A stretch of 64,000 nucleotides of DNA from Phyllobates terribilis (GCF_046119375.1 NW_027362772.1:314650001-314714000), one strand, 5' to 3'; counted from the stretch's first letter, positions 10,296 through 23,331 are shown. Program-made: numbers and translations. Notes: generated from the sequence alone by a model not told the origin.

Positions 10296-11968
10296 ATGGG
10301 CGTGCCAGAGGGTGGCAAGAGGCCACCTCCCATCGTGGGCCAGGACCAAGAATGGCGCCAAAAACGAAGACCGCCCCCACCAGCAGAGACTGCAGTGATT
10401 GAGATGTCCGTCAGCGTGGGGGGTCTGCCCCTGGAACTGACAATCACCAAGTTGCCCCAGGACCGCCCTCAAAGTAGGCGGATCAAGAACAAAAGAGAGA
10501 GGATGGGTGCAGCCTGGAGGAGTCTGGAGAAGCCGTACCCGGAGATGGAGGGAGAGTCAGGCAGCACCGACCCTGTGGTCAGGAGCCTGTTGCAAGCTAC
10601 AACCCCACAAGACCTGGTGGAGATCCTGGCACAGCTCCCCCGAGACCGGGAGCGTGCACAGACCGCGCTGGAGGGCCTCGCACGGAGGATGGCCCAGGTG
10701 CAGCAAGAAACGCTGACTGCGTGGAGCAGGGAGATGGCCCAGCAGGCTGGAACCCGCCCGCGGAGCACGCCACCCAAGACGAGGAGTCTGACCGCCTCTG
10801 AGGATGGTGCGGGAGGAATGAAGGCCGGAGACGACGCCGTGGAAGGAGCTGAAGAGACGGAGGCAGGTAAAGGGGACGTCACTACCCCAAGCCTAGAAAC
10901 CGCGAGCCTGCCCCAGCTCCCCGTCGCAGAGCCCGAAATTTCCCCTACCGTGCCCGTCGCTGCACCGCCACCGCTCCAGACTAGGCCTCCAGCAGGAGCC
11001 GCGACCACGCCCCCTGTGACGTCACGCGCCTCGACCCCGAGCGCGGCCAAGCAGGAGACGCCACCGGCCTGGTCGCAGGGCCGAGTACCCCCGGGCGCCG
11101 CAGTTCCAACAGCGCCCTCTACCTCCACTAAGTCACTGGCCTGGTCGCAAGGTCAAGTACCCCCGGGCGCCGCCGTCTCAACAGTGCCCTTTTCCTTCAG
11201 GGTGCCCCCAGCCTGGTCGCAAGGCCTGGTGAACCCGGGCGCCGCTGCCACCACCGCGCCCTCAACCCACAAAGTCCTACCCCTGGGTGAAGATTGTTCG
11301 CCCAACATACTTGCCCGGATGGGCAGCCCTTTGAGTGGCCACCGGAGTACTACCATCCCCGACTCCGGAAGGAAAGGCCCCTGGATGAGCCCCTGATTCC
11401 GGCTCCGGCGCCTGTCAAGATCGTCCCGCTCCCGCTGGAGGAGGCCCAATTTGAATGGGACCCCACCGGGGAAAACCTCATCGGCTTCACCCAAGAGACC
11501 CGGGCGGCCGCAGCCCAGCGAGCAGAGTGCTGCCGGCAACAGCTGGAGGTCTTCGACCGGGAGCGGCGAGAGAGGCGGGTCCGCGAGGAGCGGCTGCAAG
11601 TGCAGAGTGCAGAACAGAAGAGCCGGACCCGACGGAACCCCCGTGCAGCCCACGGTCCCCGTGCCACCGGGACTGTAATCAAATTCCAAGTGCAGCACGG
11701 ATGGGGCTTCATCCGGGATCACCGCACCCCCGGCGACGTCTTCGTGACCCGCAGAGATGTCGAGTCCCACCTGCCGGAGGGACATCGCGGACGTGACCTT
11801 TACCTGGGTGACGAGGTCACTTTCACCCGGCACCAGTGTGCCAAAGGACCGTACGCCCTTCATGTACACCGACTGACGGAGGAAGAGCTGCGGTATGAGG
11901 AGGAACAAGAGAACCCGGACGGGTTTGAAGGTCACCCGCGAGAAGGAGCAGGAGGATGCCGTTACTGA
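10296..11968 (+). pseudogene. Cold-shock-domain ORF of element A, split by a 1-nt deletion near 11295
   Basis: ORFs 9996-11396 and 11294-11968 join to match the intact element C protein; CSD GTVIKFQVQHGWGFI...DVFVT...GDEVTF...GPYALHV at 11669-11866. Confidence 0.88.
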
Positions 11969-12402
11969 AGTACGGTAAAGTGGAACTGTATATATTTACC
12001 CGTAAGGGTACAAGAACTGTTACAAGTACTGCTGCTAAGTAAAGTATAGTCCCCGTTGGGACCAGCAAACTGTTACCCGTGTGTCCCTATCCCTTAACAG
12101 GCTGAGGACTGTGAGCAGCCATCCCTTATCCCCACTGGCCGAGGACTGAGAGCGGCCATACCCCTTGTAAATAGTTGCGCTTCCTAAAGCGCCCCCTACT
12201 GGTTTTATAGAAGAACAAGAACATTTTATAAGAAGAGTTTTATATCAAAAAGTCTTATAATATAAGAAGTTACCCGTAATGTTATGTTGCTGATAATGTT
12301 TATAATGTTTTATATATTCGTGTATGTTTTGAAAAATTTTGTATGTTTGCATGTTTTGCTCTTTTACAGCCCGAGGACGTGCTGTGATTTACCAGGGGGG
12401 AA

Positions 12403-13647
12403 TGTAGCACCCCGAGGACTCTGCTGCTACAGGGGTATTGCACCTCAAACCAGAGGTGTGGTATTCCACTCCCGGGTAAGGATGGAGTGTGGGACTGAGC
12501 TCAGTAGGCTGCATGCACTACATACATCCCATTTCCGGGGGACAGAACTACGGTACTCCCACAAGTTAAATGTGCAGGTACGACAGCGTCTGTCCCTGGC
12601 TGGAGTGGGAGGGGGGGTGGAACATCCCAGTAGTGTAGGGGCAGATAGGGGGAGTACTCTGGGTAAAGCTAGGAGCCCATTGGGTGCTGGTCACCTGGGC
12701 TCACACATAGAGGGAGTATATAAGGTGGGCATCATCTAGAGATAGGGTCTTTTTAGTCAAGTTCAGCCTGAGGAGAAGCAGAGCAGAAGAGCTCAGCCAG
12801 GAGGGCTGACAGGGAGCTGTGGCTCCGGCTGGGCCCAGCTCCAGGGCCAAGCATGAAGAAAGAGGAGGAAGAAGGACCCAGGGAGGCAGAGCCAGAGGGA
12901 ACCCTAAGATCCCAGAATCAGACCAAAAAGGGTGAAGGGTTGGCAGAAAAGGGCACCGGATCCCAAGCTGGCGGAGGCAAAAGTAACCCTTAGCCAGGAA
13001 CCAGAGGTCGTGGGCAAGCTTTGCCACGACCCTCACCACATCCACCAGGAAGGTACACCAAGAGTAGGGTCAGGAAAGCCAGAGAAGGTTTTGCCATCAG
13101 AAGGCCCAAGGGAACCGGACAAAGGTGGATCCCTGGTGGGGACGGCCAGCAGAAAGAGAGAGAGAGGGGAGCTCAGGACCACGCTCCGGAACTGCCTGGG
13201 GGTTAGCCGAGCCCCGCACCTGGTGGACGCAGCACGGCTCGGGTGGTCACTCAAGGCCAGAGTGACTAAAGCAACATCAGTGAGTAAAAACCCTGAAACT
13301 GCATCCCACGTCTCTGTGCCTCCTTACCGCACCATCACAACCTCCATCATCTACTCCTGCTGCCCTGAGGCCATACCCCTCCCGTTGGGGGTTATACCAT
13401 CCCTGCTGCACCCATACCACCGGCCTCAGTGGACTGTTTTGCAGCGGCGGCCTTGTGACCGCAAATCAACGGGTGGCGTAGTCGACACACATTCTAACAT
13501 CTACTGCTAATAGACTCGCCGCTTAGTTTGACTCCCTGGGCACGGACCGGGTCACCGCCACGAGACTACTACCCCCATCTGATCCGGCTCCGGGTAAGCC
13601 CCCGTGCGCGCGATGCCGCACGACACAGAAGGCCCAGGGGCGCGTCA
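12403..13647 (+). repeat. 3' LTR of element A
   Basis: Follows PPT AGGGGGGAA; near-identical to 8795-10039. Confidence 0.95.
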
Positions 13648-14376
13648 CACACAATACTCAGCCTCTTCAGGAGCATGCCCAGGCGTTGTAGGGAGGTCAT
13701 ACAGGCACGTGGAGGCCACACACAATACTCAGCCTCATCAGGAGCATGCCCAGGCGTTGTAGGGAGGTCATACAGGCACGTGGAGGCCACACACAATACT
13801 CAGCCTCATCAGTAGCATGCCCAGGTGTTGTAGGGTGTCATACAGGCACGTGGAGGCCACACACAATACTCAGCCTCATCAGGAGCATGCCCAGGCGTTG
13901 TAGGGAGGTCATACAGGCACGTGGAGGCCACACACAATACTCAGCCTCATCGGGAGCATGCCCAGGCGTTGTAGGGAGGTCATACAGGCGCGTGGAGGCC
14001 ACACACAATACTCAGCCTCATCAGGAGCATGCCCAGGCGTTGTAGGGAGGTCGTACAGGCACGAGGAGGCCACACACAATACTCAGCCTCATCAGGAGCA
14101 TGCCCAGGTGTTGTAGGGAGGTCATACAGGCACGTGGAGGCCACACACCATACTCAGCCTCATCAGGAGCATGCCCAGGCGTTGTAGGGAGGTCATACAG
14201 GCACGTGGAGGCCACACACCATACTCAGCCTCATCAGGAGCATGCCCAGGCGTTGTAGGGAGGTCATACAGGCACGTGGAGGCCACACACAATACTCAGC
14301 CTCATCAGGAGCATGCCCAGGCGTTGTAGGGAGGTCATACAGGCACGTGGAGGCCACACACAATACTCAGCCTCAT
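13648..14376 (+). repeat. Continuation of the 71-bp Tc1-derived satellite (~10 units)
   Basis: Same unit; resumes in register after element A. Confidence 0.95.
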
Positions 14377-14623
14377 TGTGACTTGTTTTAAGGACATTAT
14401 ATCACAGTTGGATCGGCCTGTAGTGGGTTTTTCCACTTTAATTTTGGGGGTGACTCCACATCCAGGCCTCCATTGGTTAATAAATGTGATTTCCATTGAT
14501 GATTTTTGTGTGATTTTGTTCTCAGCACATTCAGCTTCTACAGAACAAAGTATTCAATGAGAAGATTTCATTCATTCACATCTAGGAGGGGGGATTTCAG
14601 GGGTCCCTTTATTTTTTTGAGCA

Positions 14624-14626
<3 letters not shown>
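14377..14626 (+). mobile_element. 3' end and right TIR of a Tc1/mariner element
   Basis: Ends ...CCCTTTATTTTTTTGAGCAGTG+TA, the reverse complement of the left TIR C(G/A)CTGCTCAAAAAAATAAAGGG at 61741. Confidence 0.9.

Positions 14627-14678
<52 letters not shown>
14627..14678. repeat. (TA)n microsatellite at the Tc1 target site
   Basis: ~26 TA units abutting the TIR. Confidence 0.95.
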
Positions 14679-14680
<2 letters not shown>

Positions 14681-14921
14681 AGTTGTATATAAACTGTGCA
14701 AATCAATATGTACCAGCAGTGACTAGGCCACATATACATAGATATACACCAGCAGTATATAAATACGCCACACACCGTATCTCATGATAATAAGAGAATT
14801 CTGATAATTCTGCGCCCAGCGGAGCCTTATTCACATGTTCTGCAGATCGGAGAGGGCTCCTAAAGTGTATCAGACAATTGTGATTTACTCTGTGGACATA
14901 TAACAGAACTGCTTCTTTTAA

Positions 14922-15390
14922 AGGGGTTGTCCAGTACTTTACATTACCCCCCCCCCCCAATGTATACCCCCCGGGGCCCCTAAGGATTTTTGTAATTACC
15001 TTACGTTGCAGATGCTGCCTGTGGGAGGCGCTATCGGTGGGTGGGGTTACCCCCCCGCATCACACCCGGCATCGGTGGGGTTACCCCCCCGCATCACACC
15101 CGGCATCGGTGGGGTTACCCCCCCGCATCACACCCGGCATCCACCGCGCTCTCTGCCTCTCCCCATTCATTGGAATAACCCCGCCCACAACCCAGCTGCC
15201 ACCGCAGGGACCCCAGCGCTGAGTCACCCCTCAATAGATAGGATGTCAGCCGGGGGTCACATGATGCCTGTGAGCAGCCACCGATAGCGCCACTCACAGG
15301 CAGCATCTGCAACGTAAGGTATTTACAAGAAGTCTTAGGGCCCCGGGGGGATACATTGGGGGGAGTAATATAAAGTACTGGACAACTTCT
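14922..15390. mobile_element. T2/Kolobok-type MITE with long TIRs and TTAA target duplication
   Basis: TTAA-AGGGGTTGTCCAGTACTTT ... AAAGTACTGGACAACTTCT-TTAA; imperfect inverted repeats of ~110-120 bp; three 34-bp internal tandem units at 15041-15140. Confidence 0.8.
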
Positions 15391-15490
15391 TTAAGATACA
15401 AATGTGAATGCAGCCCCCCGAGGCCCGGACACCGTACAGGAACACCTTGCATCTCCTGCCTTCTCCTGGATGAAGACGCAGACCCGACAG

Positions 15491-18488
15491 TCTCCAGTAC
15501 ACGTGCCGCGCCCGCAGCTCACTGACTGCTCTCCAGCACACGCACCGCGCCCGCAGCTCACTGACTGCTCTCCAGCACACGCACCGCGCCCGCAGCTCAC
15601 TGACTGCTCTCCAGCACACGCACCGCGCCCGCAGCTCACTGACTGCTCTCCAGCACACGCACCGCGCCCGCAGCTCACTGACTGCTCTCCAGCACACGCA
15701 CCGCGCCCGCAGCTCACTGACTGCTCTCCAGCACACGCACCGCGCCCGCAGCTCACTGACTGCTCTCCAGTACATGTGCCGCGCCGCAGCTCACTGACTG
15801 CTCTCCAGCACACGCACCGCGCCCGCAGCTCACTGCTCTCCAGCACACGCACTGCGCCCGCAGCTCACTGACTGCTCTCCAGCACACGCACCGCGCCCGC
15901 AGCTCACTGCTCTCCAGCACACGCACTGCGCCCGCAGCTCACTGACTGCTCTCCAGCACACATACCACGCCCGCAGCTCACTGCTCTCCAGCACACGCAC
16001 TGCGCCCGCAGCTCACTGACTGCTCTCCAGCACACACACCGCGCCCGCAGCTCACTGCTCTCCAGCACACGCACTGCGCCCGCAGCTCACTGACTGCTCT
16101 CCAGCACACACACCGTGCCCACAGCTCACTGCTCTCCAGCACACGCACTGCGCCCGCAGCTCACTGACTGCTCTCCAGCACACATACCGCGCCCGCAGCT
16201 CACTGCTCTCCAGCACACGCACTGCGCCCGCAGCTCATTGACTGCTCTCCAGTACACGTGCCGCGCCCACAGCTCACTGACTGCTCTCCAGTACACGTAC
16301 CGCGCCCACAGCTCACTGACTGCTCTCCAGCACACGTGCCGTGCCCGCAACTCACTGACTGCTCTCCAGCACACGTGCCGCGCCCGCAGCTTACTGACAG
16401 CTCTCCAGCACACGTGCCGCGCCCGCAGCTCCCTGACTGCTCTCCAACACACGCTCCACGCCCGCAGCTCACTGACTGCTCTCCAGCACACGTACCGCGC
16501 CCGCAGCTCACTGACTGCTCTGCAGCACACGCACCGCGCCCACAGCTCACTGACTGCTCTCCAGTACATGTGCCGCGACCACAGCTCACTGACTGCTCTC
16601 CAGTACATCTGCCGCGCCCACAGCTCACTGACTGCTCTCCAGTACCCTTGCCGCGCCCACAGCTCACTGACTGCTCTCCAGTACACGTACCGCGCCCACA
16701 GCTCACTGACTGCTCTCCAGCACACGCACCACGCTCGCAGCTCACTGACTGCTCTCCAGCACACGTGCCGTGCCCGCAGCTCACTGACTGCTCTCCAGCA
16801 CACGTACCGCGCCCACAGCTCACTGCTCTCCAGCACACGCACTGCGCCCGCTGCTCATTGACTGCTCTCCAGTACACGTGCCGCGCCCGCAGCTCACTGA
16901 CTGCTCTCCAGTACATGTACCGCACCCACAGCTCACTGACTGCTCTCCAGCACACGCACCGCTCTCGCAGCTCACTGACTGCTCTCCAGCACACGCACGG
17001 CGCCCGCAGCTCACTGACTGCTCTCCAGTACACATACCGCGCCCCCAGCTCACTGCTCTCCAGCACACGCACTGCGCCCGCAGCTCACTGACTGCTCTCC
17101 AGCACACGCACCGCGCCTGCAGCTCACTGACTGCTCTCCAGTACATGTACCGCACCCACAGCTCACTGACTGCTCTCCAGCACACGCACCGCGCTCGCAG
17201 CTCACTGACTGCTCTCCAGTACACGCACCGCGCCTGCAGCTCACTGACTGCTCTCCAGCACACGTGCCGCGCCCGCAGCTCACTGACTGCTCTTCAGCAC
17301 ACGTACCGCGCCCGCAGCTCACTGACTGCTCTCCAGCACACGCACCGCGCCCGCAGCTCACTGACTGCTCTCCAGCACACGCACCGCGCCTGCAGCTCAC
17401 TGACTGCTCTCCAGCACACGTACCGCGCCCGCAGCTCACTGACTGCTCTGCAGCACACGCACCGCGCCCACAGCTCACTGACTGCTCTCCAGTACATGTG
17501 CCGCGCCCACAGCTCACTGACTGCTCTCCAGTACATGTGCCGCGCCCACAGCTCACTGACTGCTCTCCAGTACCCTTGCCGCGCCCGCAGCTCACTGACT
17601 GCTCTCCAGTACACGTACCGCGCCCACAGCTCACTGACTGCTCTCCAGCACACGCACCACGCTCGCAGCTCACTGACTGCTCTCCAGCACACGTGCCGTG
17701 CCCGCAGCTCACTGACTGCTCTCCAGCACACGTACCGCGCCCACAGCTCACTGCTCTCCAGCACACGCACTGCGCCCGCTGCTCATTGACTGCTCTCCAG
17801 TACACGTGCCGCGCCCGCAGCTCACTGACTGCTCTCCAGTACATGTATCGCACCCACAGCTCACTGACTGCTCTCCAGCACACGCACCGCGCTCGCAGCT
17901 CACTGACTGCTCTCCAGCACACGCACTGCGCCCGCAGCTCACTGACTGCTCTCCAGTACACATACCGCGCCCCCAACTCACTGCTCTCCAGCACACGCAC
18001 TGCGCCCGCAGCTCACTAACTGCTCTCCAGTACACGTGCCGCGCCCGCAGCTCACTGACTGCTCTTCAGCACACGTACCGCGCCCGCAGCTCACTGACTG
18101 CTCTCCAGCACACGCACCGCGCCCGCAGCTCACTGACTGCTCTCCAGCACACGCACCGCGCCTGCAGCTCACTGACTGCTCTCCAGCACACGTACCGCGC
18201 CCGCAGCTCACTGACTGCTCTCCAGCACACGCGCCGCGCCCGCAACTCACTTACTGCTCTCCAGCACACGCGCCGCGCCCGCAGCTCCCTGACTGCTCTC
18301 CAGTACACGTACCGCGACCACAGCTCACTGACTGCTCTCCAGCACACGCGCCGCGCCCGCAACTCACTGACTGCTCTCCAGCACACGCGCCGCGCCCGCA
18401 GCTCACTGACTGCTCTCCAGCACACGCGCCGCGCCCACAGCTCACTGACTGCTCTCCAGCACACGTGCCGCGCCCGCAGCTCACTGAC
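15491..18488. repeat. 39-bp (35-bp variant) CpG-rich minisatellite, ~78 units
   Basis: Unit CAGCACACGCACCGCGCCCGCAGCTCACTGACTGCTCTC; explains the PAHAPRPQLTDCS-type pseudo-ORFs. Confidence 0.95.
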
Positions 18489-20885
18489 CGCCTCCTGCCT
18501 GGAAGCTCTGCGGTGACTGTGGAGGTCAGGAGTTCTCATCCAGAGAGGTGGCCGGTGTTCGGTGGTGAGGAGCCATCTCCCTGTTATTGGGTAATAATGA
18601 CGGTAATATTGCATTAATCGTATCTGTAAAATGCTCTTGGATCAGAGATGAGGAGGAGGCGCACCCGTGAAAAGTCGCCCTAATTAAAGCTCTGCTCTTC
18701 TACAATGATCCTGTTTTATGAGGTTTTAACAATCCTCTTCTCTTCAGATGAAGCGCTGCGGCCCCCCCGGACCCCTGCGGCAACAATTAATTAACTGATG
18801 GTCATTTTTTTTTTTTTATTTCTTAATGAAATTCCAGATTAAATGGGAACCCGCCGCCGCCGCCACCTCGCCATGTTTATACACCCCGGTATGCTCCTGC
18901 CGGCTCATTCCCTATTCAGGTTTTCATTTGCATGTAAATTCATCGGCATTCTTGGTTTATTCTTCCTTTGGACAGATCGTCCTGTAAAGTTTCGGTGCGA
19001 CCTCGGTGAGAGGCGCTGCCCCCGTGGCTGCATCCGGCTTATCGCTCTTCTAGCAGCATAAAATCACTGGATAAAACAGAGACGGCGTGAAATGAGATGC
19101 ATGAATATTTAATTGTGTGTCTGCCTTGGCGGCCGGCCCGGGGGTATTACCTGCTATCATTGTACCAAACTCCTACAGGGAATCGTAAACTGAGCACAAG
19201 AACAGAGAAAGCCACGAAAATCCCCGCACCTCCATCCCACGGGGGGCCGGCGCTGGTGGGGGCGCTGTGAGGACGCCTTACACAAGGTCACGTCTGTGGC
19301 CCATCCATCACCCCTCTACCTGCTGCACCAAGGGGATGACCGGCCTGATGGAGGCGCTCTTCTCACCTTCACTTATTGTGGTCCCGTGCATCTGTGGTTA
19401 TTGTACTTCTTGGGCTCATGTCTTCTGTTTTCTGCAGGGTTTTTTTTTATACAAAAATACACAATAAAACGCTTCTGATTATTGCGTTTTTTGCTGCATT
19501 TTTCCCGTCATTTGATGCGTTTTTGATTCTGCACTTAAAAAACATAACTGCATTTTTACCTTCATTTTTTCGGGCTTCCCATAGAAAAAGAGAAAAAAAA
19601 AAACAGTAAAAACCCCGCAGAGTTCACAAATCACAGCTGCTTTTCTGCACAAAAAAAACATAGTGGTAAAAAAAAAACAACTCATAATTTCCTCTATGTG
19701 TGAACACGGCCTTAGAGTCCTGACATTTTGTCCTCTGCTATAGCATTGGCCTCAGGGATGCTCCTTTGCTCCTCTCGTCTGTCTGGAATTGAAGATTTCA
19801 GGATGTTATTTAATATCAAAAATAATAATTTTTCTATTAACTTGTTTAACCTAAAATCTTAATTGAGGCGGATCTGTCACCAAATCTTACAATACAAACT
19901 CCATACCTTGTTAAATAGATCTCATAGACCTGATGAGAAGGGAGTATTTACTTTGAAAATCCATATCAGAATGGTAGAATGATGAGCATTATTCAAGTCC
20001 AGCTAAAGGGAAATGTTCACACTGCGTCTCTTCCGATTTTTTTTTATTTTTTTATTTTTTCACAGAAAACACAGCTGAAAAACCCTCAAAAGCATGAATA
20101 TATTAATAATATATTAATATATTAATTAACGCTTTGCTGTTAATAGTTCAGGTTTCGGAGATTCTTTGAAAATACTTCAGGCTTTCAAAAGACGCAAAGT
20201 GTTTACGAGATAGAAAAAGTCTCACTACGTACAACACAGTATCGCACAGATACCACGGCACAGAAAGAATCTGAAATAAACATAGTTCATTGATGCACTT
20301 AAAATTATCTGTAAAAAAGAAAAAAGTTTTTTCCAGCTCACCAACTTCCTAGGAAATGTTTCTCCAGAAAGCAGTGGCGTACCGCCAATGGCGGCAGGCC
20401 ACGCCACTGCTATGGGGCCCGTGATCCGGGGGGGCCCGTGAGCTGGGAGGCCCCCGAAGCAGCGGGGTAATGAGGAGGATAGATGAGTATTGGGGGGAGG
20501 GAGGTTGCGGCGGTGGAGGAGTGGAGCACACACAGTAGCGGCTGCTGCAGCTACCACATGTGCCCACTGCTAAAGGTACAGGAGAATGCCATGGGCATGG
20601 AGTAGAGGGAATATTCATTCTCTTTAGCAGCGGGCACGGAGGAGCGCTGAGCCGTGGCTCCTGCTGACAGTGCCCGCTACTAAAGAGAATGTGCATTCAC
20701 TCTTCTCCACGCCCATAGTCTCGATGTGGAGAGGAGTGAATATGCCGGCAGCAGCTCACCTCGGCATCTGAGAGCGCACGCTCCTCAGATGCTGACATGA
20801 GCGGCAGCAAACAGGACACAGCAGAGCTGCAGCAGAGCTGAGGAAGGAAGGTGAGTATAAGTGTTTCTTTTTTTGTGTGTGCAGT

Positions 20886-22970
20886 GATGGGGCCACACAT
20901 ACCAGGCTTGGGAGATGAGGGGGCCATACATACCAGGGATTGGGGGATGAGGGGGCCAAACATACCAGGATTGGGGGATGAGGGTTCCACGTATACCAGG
21001 ATTGGGGGATGAGGGGGCCACGCATACAAGGATTGGGGGATGAGGGGGTCACACATACCAGGATTGGGGGATGAGGGGGCCACGCATACCAGGATTGGGG
21101 GCTGAGGGGGCCACGTATACCAGGATTGGGGATGAGGGGGCCACGCATACCAGGATTGGGGATGAGGGGGCCACGCATACCAGGATTGGGGATGAGGGGG
21201 CCACACATACCAGGAATGGGGGATGAGAGGGCCACACATACCAGGATTGGGGGATGAGGGGGCCACACATACCAGGATTGGGGGCTGAGGGGGCCATACA
21301 TACCAGGATTGGGGGATGAGGGGGCCACGCATATCAGGATTGGGGGATGAGGAGGCCACACATACCAGGCTTCGGGGATGAAGGGGCCACACATACCAGG
21401 ATTGGGGGATGAGGAGGCCATACATACCAGGATTGGGGGTTGAGGGGGCCATGCATACCAGGATTGGGGGATGAGGGGGCCACACATACCAGGATTGGGG
21501 GATGAGGAGGCCATACATACCAGGATTTGGAGATGACGGGGCCATACATACCAGGGATTGGGGGATGAGGGGGCCATACATACCAAAATTGGGGGATGAG
21601 GGTGCCACGCATTCCAGGATTGGGGGATGAGGGGGCCACGCATACCAGGATTGGGGGGTGAGGGGACCACGCAAACAAGGATTGGGGGATGAGGAGGTCA
21701 CACATACCTGGATTGGTGGATGAGGGGGCCACACATACCAGGATTGGGGGATGAGGAGGCCATACATACCAGGATTGGGAGATGAGGGGGCCATACATAC
21801 CAGGATTGGGGGATGAGGGGGCCACGTATACCAGGATTGGGGGATGAGGGGGCCACGCATACCAGGATTGGGGGATCAGGGGGCAACGCATACAAGGATT
21901 GGGGGATGAGGGGGTCAAACATACCAGGATTGGGGGATGAGGAGGCCATACATACCGGGATTGGGGAATGAGGGGGCCACTCATACCAGGATTGGGGGCA
22001 GAGGGGCCATACATACCAGGCTTGGGGGATGAGGGGGCCACACATACCAGGAATGGGGGTGAGGGTGCCATACATGCCAGGATTGGGGGATGAGGGGGCC
22101 ATACATACCAGGATTGGGGGATGAGAGGGCAATACATACCAGGATTGGGGGATGAGGGGGCCACGCATACCAGGATTGGGAGGTGAGGAGGCCACACATA
22201 CCAGGATAGAAGGGTGAGGGGGCCACACATACCAGAATTGGGGGGTGAGTGGGCCACACATACCAGGAATGGGGGTTGAGGGGGCCATGCATACCAGGAT
22301 TGGGGGATGAGGGGGCCATACATACCAGGATTGGGGGATGAGGGGGTCACGCATATCAGGATTGGGGGATGAGGAGGCCACACATACCAGGATTGGGGGA
22401 TGAGGGGGCCACACATACCAGGATTAGGGGTTGAGGGTGCCACACATACCAGGATTGGGGGATGAGGGGGCCATACATACCAGGATTGGGGGATGAGGAG
22501 GCCACGCATACCAGGATTGGGGGATGAGGGGGCCATACATACCAGGATTGGGGGATGAGGTGGCAATGCATACCAGGATTGTGAGGTGAGGAGGCCACAC
22601 ATACCAGGATAGGGGGTGAGGCGGCCACACATACCAGGATTGGGGGGTGAGTGGGCCAAGCATACCAGGATTGGGGGATGAGGACGCCACGCATGCAAGT
22701 ATTGTGGGTTGAGGGGGCCACACGTACCAGGATTGGGGGATGAAGAGGCCATACATGCCAGGATTGGGGGATGAGGGGGCCATGCACACCAGTATTGGGG
22801 GATGAGGGGACCACGCATACCAGGATTGGGGGATGAGGGGGCCACGCATACCAGGATTGGGGGATGAGGGGGCCACGCATACCAGGATTGGGGGATGAGG
22901 GGGCCACGCATACCAGGATTGAGGGATGAGGGGGCCACACATACCAGGATTGGGGGGTGAGGAGGCCATG
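20886..22970. repeat. ~31-bp G-rich minisatellite, ~67 units
   Basis: Unit GGATTGGGGGATGAGGGGGCCACACATACCA. Confidence 0.95.
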
Positions 22971-23331
22971 CATCATTCTTCATTTTTTGCCTTAAAATTA
23001 TCTGTACATGCAACAGGATGACATTTCGGTCAGGATGTTTATCAGGGTACACAAAATATATGTACAAAAAAATATTTTAGAACAAAGAAAATTGAAACAC
23101 AACAAATGACAAATATATAAGCCAAAATAAAGTTCCGTACGTTAAATGCTGCTAAATCAAAACAGGTGTAAAAGGGTGAAAATTAATAATAAAGCGACCC
23201 GAGAAAAATGATGCATAAGTAGAACTATGATGCAATAATAACACAGACCATGTAAGACAACAGAAGTCATGCTGAGGTGTACAAATAAATGTGAAGATAC
23301 AAACAGGAGAAAGGGAAAATAAAGGTATATA

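Larger units (their letters stand above)
8795..13647 (+). mobile_element. Non-autonomous LTR element A (cold-shock-domain family)
   Basis: 1245-bp LTRs 8795-10039 and 12403-13647 (~8 differences by eye); PBS 10044-10061; PPT 12394-12402; 4-bp TSD CGCA/CACA restoring the satellite unit; no gag/pol motifs in the 2.36-kb interior. Confidence 0.95.

Noticed and set aside
15335-18617. Long Cys/His/Trp-rich ORFs (150-316 aa) on both strands
   Set aside because: The 39-bp unit is a multiple of 3 and nearly stop-free; no domain or splice evidence
20697-23067. Pro-rich ORFs up to 577 aa on the minus strand
   Set aside because: Artefact of the 31-bp repeat lacking stop codons on that strand
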